Positions 39,633 to 52,289 of a DNA stretch of 64,000 bases are shown one piece after another (the stretch's first letter is position 1; each line of letters opens with the position of its first letter). Where the stretch lies: assembly GCA_964016885.1 (NCBI GenBank), contig OZ024741.1:278566001-278630000 (forward strand), given 5' to 3'. The notes below the pieces were generated by a model. The model made no database searches. It was given only the letters and a program-made list of their open reading frames with translations, and was not told the origin of the DNA. Source of the DNA: Eledone cirrhosa. Its lineage: Eukaryota. The position numbers and the translations under genes were made by a program.

Positions 39633-41465
39633 ATCATCATCATCATCAGTCCCTTGACTTCTATAGTTGTTGGGGGGATCCTACTGTAGAAGCCGCACAC
39701 ACTCAAAATAGTCAATCAACGGCGGCCCTCAACAAATCTGGTGTTTTCATCTGTATCCATTCTTTGACATTGTCCAACCAGTTTTTGCATTGACGTCCCC
39801 TCCTGCATCGACCTTCATTGGTGCCTTGCATGATGGTTTTGCACAGGCTGTCATGTCATGTGACATGGCCAAACCACACCAGTTTCCTCCTCTTGACAGT
39901 GGTGAGGAGAGGTTCCTGGTTACCCACAAAACTTTTAACCTTACTCCATACGTATTCATTGGTTTTACGTTCCCAATAGGAAATATAAAGGAGTTTTCTC
40001 ATGATTTGTCCTCAAATTCCTGGATCCTTCTTTCTGTTTCTGCCAAAGGTGTTCAGGTCTCACACTCATATAGGAGGATGGAGACTACTAGCGATTTGTA
40101 CAATCTGTACTTGGTCTGAAAACTGATTTTGCTCCTCCATATTCTTGCCAATTTGGCCATCACTGCCATAGCTGCAGCAATCTGTGTGTGGATTTCTGCA
40201 CTGCAGGTACCATCTTTTGACAAGACTGCTCTCAAGTGTTTGAAACGATTCAAGATGACGTGCAGCAGGATCTTACTCAGGGTGACTGATCAGGCTTATT
40301 GTTCTATAATTTTGACACTGCCTGAGACTAACCTTCTTTTGGTATTATCAGTGACTGAGTCCACTCATTAGGCCCAGGTTGTGGTTCGAGATAGCTTATG
40401 TTGATGGAGACTGTTGGCCAAGGTGAAGTGATGACTTCTGGCAAATTCGAGCAGTCTAAGGCCTCTATTGTTGGTCTCTAAGCCAAATCTTCCAACTGCT
40501 CCTGCCCAGTTCACATATGCATCCAGTCTTACTTTGGTATTCCAATCCCCTTGTATGATGGTGATGTCTTTCTTGGGGACCTTTTTTAGGGTAGTTCTAG
40601 TAGTTCATAGAATTCTTCAACTTCCTTGTCATCCTGCTCTGATGTTGGAGCATAAACTTGGATGATGGTCATGTTGTATGTTTTGGCTGAACACAGATGG
40701 AAATGAGTCTGCTGGAGATGGGAGTATAGCTGATGACACTGCTTGTAATTTCTTTACCTTACAATAAATGCCACCCCATGCTGGTGCTTCTTTTCCTTTC
40801 CAGAAAATCAGATCTTGTGTCCATCTTGTGTTGTTGTTTCACCAAAACCAATCTATCTGACCTCGGACATCCCAATGATGTCCCAGTGATAATGTTTCAG
40901 TTCATGGATGAGTTCTTCTGGGGGCGTATAGGGTGCAGACGTTCCAGGTTCCTGTTGTTACTTTTTCCAGTGATAGCCTGATGGTATTCTTCGATTCAAT
41001 TGCCGACTTATCATACCCATCCTGAAGTGAGTTAATAGGAAAAGTGGTCATTATTAATTCGGGCAATCTGGCATTGTGATACTTTTCTTCCTGTTCATGA
41101 TTCTTTCAGTGGGCTTATAGATAACTTGGTGGCACCAGCTCCTTTCCAACTCCTTGTCCAACAGCCGAACGAAAACTCTAATATGATGCAGATTGTCTCT
41201 CGGTATATGCACTAGTCCATTGGTAGACCTTTCGACCTGGCTGTTGTCTGTTTCTCTGGATCATCTGCCCAGTAGTGCAGTGCAAATGATACCCCCTCAC
41301 ATGGTTTAGTCCACCTGCTGGAGCGGTTTACCAGGGTGTGGTGCATGGAGCCAACACGTGAAATATTTAAGGGATGGGTGAAGACCAATGTTGCCCGTCC
41401 ACCTTAATAATAAAGTGCAGCAGCCGAACAACAAATGTACTACTTCTAACCATTGCCCTCTATAC
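39633..41465 (-). mobile_element. Second RTE (BovB-like) LINE, internally deleted, retaining 5' UTR/APE remnants and 3' end
   Basis: TKYRLYKSLVVSILLYECET; APE-like remnants; (GAT)n tail. Confidence 0.75.
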
Positions 41466-41466
41466 G

Positions 41467-41500
<34 letters not shown>

Positions 41501-42211
41501 GAAAAGTTGAAGATGCATCTAATATAAAAAATAAAACAAGGTGAATCTTCAACTCTATATTAATATTTTAACAGGATTTGTATTGTATTCTTTAATTTTC
41601 TGACCTTGTAATTTTTTAATTTTTTCACTATATATATAATAAGTGGTTGTTACTTGCAATGCAAGTTTCATGGATGATCCCAACTGTATTCATCAACATG
41701 GCTAAAATTGTATTGCAAGTACCAGCCATTTATTAATATAAAATCATCTATCTCACTCTGTTATATATAGCGGTCTGTATCAAAAATGGTTGACTGTGTA
41801 TGTTTATGTCTACATCACTTAACAAATGGTGCTGTTTCCTTAAGCCCTGTAACTTAGCAGTTCAACAAACAGATTAAAAAAAAAAAAAGTACTGATGTCG
41901 ATATGATTGATTTGACTTTTGAAGAGACTGTCCCAGCACGGGCACAGTCCAATGGCTGAAACCTGTAAAATGTAGGATTGTTTGTATGTATACATAGACA
42001 TACATGCACCACCCTCCCCCACATATATATACACAATATATTAATAAATGGAAACTATATTTATAAAACCATATTTATTTTATTTTAAAATTTTTTATAA
42101 CTGATATAAAGCACTCAACAAGTTAGTGGAGTAAATATACAATATATTAATAAATGGAAACTATATTTATAAAACCATATTTATTTTATAAATATAGTTT
42201 CCATTTATTAA

Positions 42212-42400
42212 GGCGGTGGATTGGCAGTATCGGTAGAGGGTCGGATGCCATACTTTCCAGCATAGTTACGTCCCTTAACGATCTGAGTTCAAATCCCGCC
42301 GAGGTTGACTTTGCCTTTCATCCTTACGGGGTCGATAAAATAAAGTACCAGTAATGCACTGGTGAAATTGCTGGCCTTGTGCCAAAAGTAGAAACAATTA
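42212..42400 (+). mobile_element. Deu/Nin-like SINE inserted in one arm of an AT-rich inverted repeat (42035-42475)
   Basis: Full-length copy; flanks are reverse-complementary to about 42075-42170. Confidence 0.85.
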
Positions 42401-42652
42401 ATATATTGTATATTTACTCCACTAATTTGTTGAGTGCTTTATATCAGTTATAAATTTTTTAAAATTAAATATAACCTCTGCATATATATATATATATTAG
42501 AAAGTGAGGTTTTTTTTACAAAATGAAAAATAACCGAGGTGTCCTACACGAGTGAAAGTATAAAGAAAAAAAGATGAAATCGAAAATGCAACTGGAGTCT
42601 TATTTTTTATTTTTTTAAATTTTTTTTAAAAATATATATATTTATTTGGTTC

Positions 42653-42688
42653 CTTTACCGGTTTCGCAGTTCTTCTGCTTTTCAAAAG
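42653..42688 (-). ncRNA. Minimal hammerhead, U3-A8 core variant
   Basis: ctt-TTGAAAA-GCAG(aagaa)CTGC-GAAA-CCGG-TA-aag. Confidence 0.6.
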
Positions 42689-43387
42689 TAGAGTTGAGAT
42701 GGAGGGTCTGTGGTTTTTCTCACAGTGTGTATATATATATATATGTGCATATGTGTGTATATATATATGTGTATATATATATGTGTGTATATATATACAT
42801 AGACACACGTCAAATATATATATATATATATATATATACTGTAAAGGGATCATCTAGGTTTCATGACAAAAAGCACCCAGTCCACACTGTAAACTGGTTG
42901 TGTAGGAGACACGGTAAAAAACACCCAGCACATACTGTAAATGTGGTTAGCATTAGGAAGGGCATCCATTAGAAAACCGGCCAGAAACATTCCTATGAGT
43001 GAGACACGGTCACCTGACCCAACTTGCCTCAAATGGGACAAACCCGTCTAACCCATGCTAGCGTGGAAGATAGAGACGTTAAACGATGATGATGATGATA
43101 CATATATGTATATATGTATATATATATATATATATCACGATACATTAATGGAGCCATAGACTCTTGCCGTTCCCTGTAAGTAATGTGCTCAAAGGAGAGG
43201 AAATCCTGGGCACTTTAAAATACAATATGTTGAAAAGGTAACACACTAGAGAGAGATACAGTGCGCCATCAATAAAACAGGGAAAAACCACCAGTGTATG
43301 GAATCTATAACCTATGAAAGGCAGAATATAGACACGATAATTAAAAATATAAATTAAACCGTAAATAAATACCTCTATAACTATATA

Positions 43388-43469
43388 ACACATGTACAAA
43401 TCCAAAGTGATCTGTTTCGCTAGTAATTTGTTGACAGAAATGAAATAACCCAGGTTCATCAGCGTGTGT
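43388..43469 (-). ncRNA. Hammerhead ribozyme in the left arm of the large palindrome
   Basis: acacacg-CTGATGA...GAAA-CAGATC(actttg)GATTTG-TA-catgtgt. Confidence 0.7.
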
Positions 43470-43764
43470 TAGGCTATACATTTCAGACAACACTAAGAGA
43501 ATTTTTAAAGCGACCATCCAACTACACGTGGGAGAGAGAAGTCACAGCGTGTTTAAGGGCAGTGAACCAGTGGCCTCTGAGGGACGAGCTGCTAGAAAGG
43601 GCAACCCAAAACCACTCAGAGAAGTGTGCTCAACCAAACAGAGAAAGAGGAGTTGCCCTTTCTAGCAGCTCATCCCTCAGATGACGCTGTGACTTCTCCC
43701 TCCCACGTGTAGTTGGACGGCCGCTTTAAAAATTCTCTTAGTGTTGTCTGAAATGTACAGCCTT

Positions 43765-43846
43765 ACACACGCTGATGAACCTGGGTTATTTCATTTCTGT
43801 CAACAAATTACTAGCGAAACAGATCACTTTGGATTTGTACGTGTGT
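43765..43846 (+). ncRNA. Hammerhead ribozyme in the right arm of the large palindrome
   Basis: 7-bp stem I ACACACG/CGTGTGT, CTGATGA at 43772-78, GAAA at 43816-19, 6-bp stem III, GUA at 43837-39; stem II long and imperfect. Confidence 0.75.
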
Positions 43847-44373
43847 TATATAGTTATAGAGGTATTTATTTACGGTTTAATTTATATTTTTAATTATCGT
43901 GTCTATAGTCTGCCTTTCATAGGTTATAGATTCCATACACTGGTGGTTTTTCCCTGTTTTATTGATGGCGCACTGTATCTCTCTCTAGTGTGTTACCTTT
44001 TCAACATATTGTATATATATATATATATATATACACATATCTACATATATATAGAGACGTTAAACGATGATGATGATGATACATATATGTATATATATAT
44101 ATATACATATATACATATATGTATCATCATCATCATCGTTTAATGCCTCTATCTTCCATGGTAGCATGGGTTAAACAGGTTTGTCCCATTTGAGGCAAGT
44201 TGGGTCGGGTGACCGTGTCTCACTCATAGGAATGTTTCTGGCTGGTTTTCTAATGGAAGCCCTTCCTAATGCCAATCACATTTACAGTATGTGCTGGGTG
44301 CTTTTTACCATGTCTCCAGTTTACAGTGTGGACTGGGTGCTTTTTGTCATGAAACCTAGATGATCATTTTACA

Positions 44374-44416
<43 letters not shown>

Positions 44417-45815
44417 ATGTGTGTCTATGTATATATATATACACATATATATATATATATATATGATGTGTCTGAATCCATTTTTGTCTGTTTAAACCAT
44501 TCTTTGCTCTTAGAGTTATTAAGAATATTTTAATTGGACTTTAGGAGTATATATTTTCACAGAAACGTAATTTGTTTTTCTTTTACCAATTCTTAAATTC
44601 CTTTCCCAATCTGACAGTAAGTCTGAACAAGGGATGAATTGCTGACTGAAAATAATTTTAATTAGAACACGTTAGTTCTAGGAATTAATAATAGAAAAAG
44701 ACAAAAAAGAAAAATATAGAACAATGTAATAGAATAAAAGAAAAAAAATGTATTCCTTGTAAGAATATAGCCATTTCATCAAAGTCCTTTGGCTTACAAA
44801 TTAGTTTAGTTTATTTAGAAGAAGAGCCAATTCTATGAGAAAAATACACTTTGTTTTAAGATAAAAATACGCAATCAATAGAATAGATAACAACACCAGA
44901 ATAGCAATCACATAATCACATTAGTAGGCTTAAGGTGTCAATTATAAATAACCCATTCATTTTCTTCAAATATTATTACTTTTTCTATTAATTCATCTGA
45001 CTTGCTTTGTATTATCAATGTGACATTATAGAATTCAAAACTAAATTTGTAGTTGATTTAAGTTGGTCACAAACATTTTTTTATGTTGGGAAAACAACCA
45101 TGTACATTGTTTACATCGACAACTTGAAATTTGTTCATTATTTAAGTTAAGTTGTTCACTGCCAGTTGGATACAACAGTTATGTATATAATTCCTTTACC
45201 CCAACCCCCCCAAAAAACTGAATTTATGCTTGATTTAAATTGTTCAAAGCCATTTTGTTAATTAAAATAACTATGCAGAGAAGTTTTTAATAAAAATATT
45301 GAAATAAAAAAATGTCTGGGTAAACTGCTTCTCTTAAGTGTGGTGACATTGAAACATACAGATGCTCGTTAAATTTTATAGTTCTACATCTGATTTTGTC
45401 TCCTTTAACCCTTTTGATACCAACCCGACCAAAACCGACCTTGGTTCTATGAAATAAAATCTCCTATTTCAAATCTATATATATCCAGCCCACACTGTAA
45501 AGTGGTTGTGTAGATGTTACAACAAAAAGCACCCAGTCGACACTGTAAAGTGGTCGTGTAGGAGACATGACAAAAAGCACCCAGCACACACTGTAAATAT
45601 GGTTGGTGTTAGGAAGGGCATCCAGCCATAGAAAACCAGCCAGAAACAGTCCTATATGAGTAAGCCATGGTCACCCAACCCAACTTGCCTCAAATGGGAC
45701 AAACCCATCTATCCCATGCTAGTGTGGAAGATAGACGTTAAACAATGATGATGATGATATTCCAACATGATGTTATACAAGAAACAAGTGTTAAGTTATT
45801 ATATTAGGGACAAAA

Positions 45816-46450
45816 GGCGGTGGATTGGCAGTATTGGTAGAGGGTCAGACATGCTTTCCAGCATAGTTACGTCCCTTTACGATCTGAGTTCAAATCCCGT
45901 CAAGGCTAACTTTGCCTTTCATCCTTACGGGGTCGATAAAATAAAGTACCAGTTATGTACTGGATAATTGCTGGCCTTGTGGACAAAATGATTACTAATT
46001 TGAGTAAATCCTTCAAAATTATACATTACTTAATTGAAAGAGAGTATACTTCATTATTAATAGGATTGGCGGTGGATTGGCAGTATCAGTAGAGAGTTGG
46101 ACACCATGCTTTGACGCATAGAGTTACGGCCCTGGCCATTCTGAGTTCAAATCCCGCCGAGGTTAACTTTGCCTTTCATCCTTACGGGGTCGATAAAATA
46201 AAGTACCAGTAATACACTGGGTATTTGCTGGCCTTGTGCCTAACGTAGAAACAATTATTAATAGGATTGGCAGTATCGGTAGAGAGTCTGACGCCATGCT
46301 TTGCAGCAAAGAGTTACGCCCCTTTATGGTCTGAGTTCAAATCCCGCTGAGGTTAACTTTGCCTTTCATCCTTACGGGGTCAATAAAATAAAGTATCAGT
46401 AATACACTGAGTAATTGCTGGTCTTGTGCCAAAAGTAGAAACAATTATTA
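45816..46450 (+). mobile_element. Three tandem Deu/Nin-like SINEs
   Basis: Copies at about 45816, 46068 and 46264. Confidence 0.85.
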
Positions 46451-48034
46451 ATATAGTCACAAATGGGTTAACTCTTTCTTTACCATATTTCTAATAAAAT
46501 ACACTATATTTGAATTAATTAATGTAGAATTTTGAGGGATTATTTCTTTATTTCATTATTAAGCTAGATTTGTAACATAACGAAGGTTTTATATAAAATT
46601 GTTGGAAGATTTTCATTTAAATAGAAACTTTTTGAAAATGTGTGGCTTTGTTCTATCAAATCAGAAGCAGATTTGGATGGCTTGGGTTAAATAATCTTAT
46701 TTTTTTTCCACTGTAGAAATATGTATTGTTGTTGTTTAGCCCCAGATCAGTCCTGTCCAAGCAAACATGATTAAAGATATAACTGCTATGACCCTTCTAT
46801 CTTCCTCTCAAGTATTGTGTATACAGAACCATGTTATCCTAACTCCACATCTCTTTTCAAGGTAGTTGAAAGTAATTTGATGGATATCTCTTCTTCTTCG
46901 TCTTCGTCTTCTTGTTGTTGTGGGGAGCCGAGTCTTCATGCACACCTTCCAGCTGGTCTTGTCAGAAGCAAACATCTCCAATTGATATGGCTGAATCTCC
47001 AAGTGAGACTAGCCAAGCTCATGGATGTTATCCAACTGTTTTGCTCAGGATCTACCCTTGGGTCAAATGCCAGTTGGTTTTGCCCATAAAATCTGTCCAG
47101 CAATTCTATCCTGAGATATTCTAACCATGTCTCCGTAGTATTGAAGCTGTTACCCCTTAAGTCGTATAAGTACCAACTCTATATGGAACAACTCTCTGAT
47201 CTCCTAGCTACACATTCTCTCAAGTAACGTTACTCCAAAGACTTTTTGGACGATCCCATTTTGGCTGCTCGTATTCATGTTTGTATTCTTTTAGCCATTA
47301 TCCAGGATTCCTGACTATAGGTAAATGTTAGCACAGATACTGAATTGAAGATAGTGAGTTTGGCTTTTACACCCCCCCCCCCCCCCTTCTGATGACCAAA
47401 TAATCCTAATTTTCAAAATTTTGATTGATATAATGAAGACTTTTGAATGCAATAATCTGTAATAATATATATTGGTGTCTGCCTTTTATTGTGTTTTTAT
47501 TTCCCCCCCAAAATTTTTAAGGTTTCCCCTTTAAAAAATTTATTTCGTTTTGCTTTGTTTTCATTCATTGTTTTCTCTTATTTCTTTATTACTAATCTGT
47601 GATAAACGTGTTCTTTCTTCTCTCCCTCCAATAATTTCAATCGATTACATTTTTTAATATGCTTCTTCTTGCCTTTTTTCTTTCTTTACCTCCTTTTTTT
47701 CAAGTCTCACAAGACTATTGTTGCTGTAAAAAGCACAATGCTTTCTCCTAGTTATCACATAAAATTTTGTGTGTCCGAGTTATGGTTTAACTGCTGTAAG
47801 TTATTGTTTTGTCTTGTCTTTTACTCAATGGAGTATGCTTGGTGGTCGCTGATCTGTCCAGTTCATTTATCTACCAGCATATCAGGAAAAAAATTATACA
47901 TTGTATATGTATTTTATCTGAGGAGGATATGTTTTGCTTTATGTTATACATAAAACTTTACATCTTCGAAATATATATAATGAAATAAATAGAGATGATA
48001 TAAAATAAAGTATATATCTTTCATTTATTATTAT

Positions 48035-48242
48035 TGGATTGGCAGTATCGATAGAGAGTCGGACGCCATGCTTTGACGCAAAGAGTTACGGCCCTTTCCA
48101 TTCTGAGTTCAAATCCTGCCGAGGTTAACTTTGCCTTTCATCCTTACGGGGTCGATAGAATAAAGTACCAGTAATACACTGGGTAATTGCTGGCCTTGTG
48201 CCAAAAGTAGAAACAATTATTATTATTATTATTATTATTATT
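48035..48242 (+). mobile_element. Deu/Nin-like SINE with (TTA)n tail
   Basis: Full consensus match. Confidence 0.85.
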
Positions 48243-49700
48243 GTTCTTTGAGTCTCAGTCATTGATGTTATTTAACTGGAAAGTTTGTTGAAATGAATAT
48301 CAAGCTGCTACCTGTAGCCTCAGACATTCAGGACGTATCGGAGGGTTCTTGCTGTTCCCAGCAAGCATGCCTTTTGAAGTGTTCCAAAAAGCGGGGCTGG
48401 ACTAATTTTCTTTAACCATCCTTGGAAACTCTTTGAGATAGTACCTAGTGCGCCTATGACAATCGGGACGACCTTGATTTCATGGCAGTTCCAAATCCTT
48501 TTTAACTCGCACTTTAAATCCTGGTATCGGTTAATTTTCTCCCTCTCTTTTTCTTGCACTCTTGTGTCAAATGGGCAGGCCACATCCACAATCAGGCACA
48601 ATCTTTTTTCCTTGTCCAAAACCACCAGGTCAGGCAAATTGTGTTCTAATTTCTTGTCCGTCTGTATCCTAAAATCCCATAGCACCTTCACCTGATCGTT
48701 TTCTATCACCGACTCTGGCTTATGCTCATACCACTTCTCAGAATATGGTAAATTGTTTACTTTGCATAGATGCCAGTGGATCACCCTTTATAGTGAGTCT
48801 GGGCTAGGTGTTTACACTCGGATACAATGTGAGCCACAGTCTCCTCTCTCTCTCCACAGATCCTACACAGTGAGCTAACCTCTTCCTTGTCAATATGGTG
48901 TTTCACCCATTTCGTTCTGAGGGCTTGCTCTTGCGCAGCAGCCATTAGCATTCCTTCTGTTGCTTTTTTAAGGTCTCCTCTTTTTAACCAGTTCCATGTC
49001 TGTGGATCTCTAAATTCCGTTTTCTTAAAGAAGGTACTATGAAGGGATTTTTCATGAAGGTTGCTCTTCCTCCTTGTTGTTATTTCCTCCTTGCGCATCC
49101 CCTGGTCTATTATCTTCTCCTTCAGTACAATTTTGAGCATTGGCTCCCTACTGTCAGTCACATATTTGTGCAGGTTGTTTTTCTCCATCTGAACACAGTC
49201 CTCTATGTTGATAGGACCTCTTCCACCTTCAGATCTCTTTAAGTAGAGTCTATCGACATCACTCCTCTTGTGGAACATGTTGTAGATAGTCAATGGCTTC
49301 CTAGTCTTCCTATCCATTTCTTTTTGTTCAGCAACATTCCATTTCAGAATTCCCGCACTGTACCTAATAATAGACACAGCTCGGGAATTTACTGCACTTA
49401 TGGCATTCCTACTATTTAGATGTGATTTTAGTATGTTCCTTATTCTCCGAATGTATTCAGATCTTATCAATTCCTTCATTTTTTTTGTTCTTGATGTCAT
49501 CTTCCTCCATGAACACCTAAATATTTATATCCCTCTTCAGTGCAAATTTCCTTTTGGTATCTGGATTCCGTTGCTTGTGCACAATTTACCCCTCTTCATC
49601 ACCAGGATACCACACTTATTAATACCAAATTCCATACATATATCTTTGCTGAAAATACGGAGAGTGTCAACAAGTACATCCAACTCCTCACTCTTCTCAC
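48243..49700 (-). mobile_element. Dong/R4-type non-LTR retrotransposon 3' fragment (zinc knuckle plus restriction-like endonuclease)
   Basis: CRICGEREETVAHIVSEC; PDLVVLD...IVDVACPFD...EKINRY; IVIGALG; (TAA)n on both sides. Confidence 0.85.
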
Positions 49701-49717
49701 TATTATTATTATTATGA

Positions 49718-49924
49718 GGGCGGTGGATTGGCAGTATCGGTAAGGGTCGGACGCCATGCTTTGAAGCATAGAGTTACCTCCCTTTATGATCTGAGTTCAA
49801 ATCCCGCCGAGGTTAACTTTGCCTTTCATCCTTATGGGGTCGATAAAATAAAGTACCAGTAATGCACTGGGATAATTGCTGGCCTTGTGCTAAAAGTAGA
49901 AACAATTATTATTATTATTATTAT
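49718..49924 (+). mobile_element. Deu/Nin-like SINE
   Basis: Full consensus match. Confidence 0.85.
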
Positions 49925-49953
49925 GTATGTATATATATATATATATATATATG

Positions 49954-49987
<34 letters not shown>

Positions 49988-50004
49988 TGTATATATGTAT
50001 ATAA

Positions 50005-50057
<53 letters not shown>

Positions 50058-50173
50058 TGTATATATGTATATGTATGTATATATATATGTATATATGTAT
50101 ATAAATATATATATATATGTATGTATATATATATATATATATATGTATATGTATGTGTGTATATATATATATA

Positions 50174-50204
<31 letters not shown>

Positions 50205-50339
50205 GTGTGTATATATATATATATGTATGTATATGTATGTGTGTGTATATATATATATATGTATGTATATGTATGTGTGTATATATATATATATATATAT
50301 GTGTGTATGTATATGTATGTGTATATATATATATATATA
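49924..50339. repeat. Long (TA/TG)n microsatellite
   Basis: Directly visible. Confidence 0.95.
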
Positions 50340-51234
50340 CAGGGTGCGGGGGATATTTGTTCGCAAGATTACTGTCTAGGAAAAAATAACACAGTAGTTT
50401 TATATTTTTTAAGATATATTTATCAACCTTGGGTCAGTTTCTCTTCATGACTTGTCCTTTTGATCTCACTCGATAAACCCAACATTGGCTTTGATGATGG
50501 CCTCAAGGCGGCCTCGGAACCGGCTACAGGCCTTCGTCACTGTCCCCCGACTTAGGCCCCTAAAGGCACTTGTGATCCTGGCCTTCAGATCGTCTTTCGT
50601 ATTGCTGCTAGATCTGTTGGTGTCTCGTTCCACTGTGCCCCACACAAAGAAGTCGAGGGGGTTGCAGTCAGACGAGCTGAGAGGCCAGATGTCAGGTGAA
50701 GTGTGGTCGATGAAGTTCTCTGACAGCCACGCTTGGGTCTTTCGGCTGGTATGGCAGAGCGCTTCGTCTTGCTGCCACATGTATGGCCTACCTGCAGCTA
50801 CCTGGTTGATCCAGGGCTTTACTACCTCACTCAGAACGCAGATGTAGCCATCAGTGTTCAGCTTGAGGCCCTCAGGGAAGAAGTGAGGTGGCATGATGTC
50901 ACCTTGACTGCTGACGAAACCTAAGACCAATGTTGTCGCTGGAAACTTTGTCTGCATGACTCTGGGCAAGTCTTTGGATGAGACAGCGAGCCACCTGTTG
51001 TTCTTGGGAGTTTCCGAAATTTTCTTATTTGTCCTCCCAGCACGGATTCCAAGAAGAACTCTGTGTCTCTTCCACAAATTTGGAGGTTCAAAATTATTCA
51101 TAATCAATTATTCTGAAAATAAATAATGGAAATATAGTCACTGTTTTTATGAAGACAAGAGTGACAACGGAAGTAAAAAAAATTTGCATAAAATTAGCAG
51201 TTGAAAATTGCGAACAAATATCGTCCACACCCTG
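50340..51234 (-). mobile_element. Tc1/mariner DD37D (maT-type) element, internally deleted
   Basis: TA-flanked TIRs cagggtg(c/t)gg..gatatttgttcg; QQD-37 aa-D spacing ending in NPLD. Confidence 0.85.
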
Positions 51235-51397
51235 TAGTAGCAAGCGGTGGAGGGAACGTCCTGACGAAGGCCAGTTAAGCATAGACGGTTGTCCCCCTGG
51301 CTTCTGCTGGACCTCACCAGAGGGCGTTAGCCCCTCCGGTGTTTGCATCGCTACGGCTTCCTAAAATCGTATTTCTTTGGAGATACGAAATTTCATG

Positions 51398-52210
51398 GAG
51401 ACACATGGCTTAGTGGTTAGAGCATTGCACTTTCAATTGAAAGGTTGTGAGTTCAGCACTCACTGTAAATAAGATTGGTGTTAGGAAGGGCATCCAGCTG
51501 TAGAAATCAAGCCAGAATCAGTTCTCGTCCCACCCTTGCAAGCAGGGAAAAGTGGACATAAAATGATGATGATGATATATATATATGGAGGCACATGGCT
51601 TATGGTTAGAGCATTGGGCTTGCAATCGAAAGGTTGTGAGTTCAATTCTCAGACCAGGTGATGTGTTGTTTCCTTGAGCAAGACACTTTATTTCACATTG
51701 CTCCAGTTTACTCAGCTGTAGAAATGAGATGATAGGACTGGGGTTCCTAACATTCCACTGCAAAGTGGTCGTGGATGTGACACAGCAAAAAAGCACCCAG
51801 CACTCACTGTAAAGTGGATGTGTAGGTGCCATGGAAAAAAAGCACCCAGCACTCACTGTAAATGAGGTTGGTGTTAGGAAGGGCATCCAGCTGTAGAAAT
51901 CAAGTCAGAATCAGTTCCCGTCCCACCCTTGCAAGCAGGGAAAAGCAGACGTAAAATGAGGATAAGCAAAAGGGATATTTAATTTGTTGGTAATTCAACA
52001 AATATATATTTATAACTGATTCGAAGCACTCAACAACTTTTCTGGAGTATAATATCAATGATATTAATAACTATCCAGGAAGAACTTGAACCGTTAAGAT
52101 CACCTTCCTGGATATTGTATTTTATCTGATGAGAGCGTTTTGGTAACCTTGAAAAATATATATAATAGAATAAATATGTTTCTATAAATATAGTTTCCAT
52201 TTATTAATAT

Positions 52211-52289
<79 letters not shown>

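Larger units (their letters stand above)
42770..44455. repeat. Nested inverted duplication of about 1.7 kb (inner arms 43221-43605 / 43652-44012; outer arms are SINE tails)
   Basis: Mirror-image pseudo-ORFs on opposite strands (43145-/43775+; 42850-/44181+); direct arm comparison. Confidence 0.92.

Noticed and set aside
43145-44143. Twin MNLGYFISVNK ORFs as duplicated small genes
   Set aside because: A by-product of the palindrome; no recognisable domain, and they overlap the ribozyme motif.
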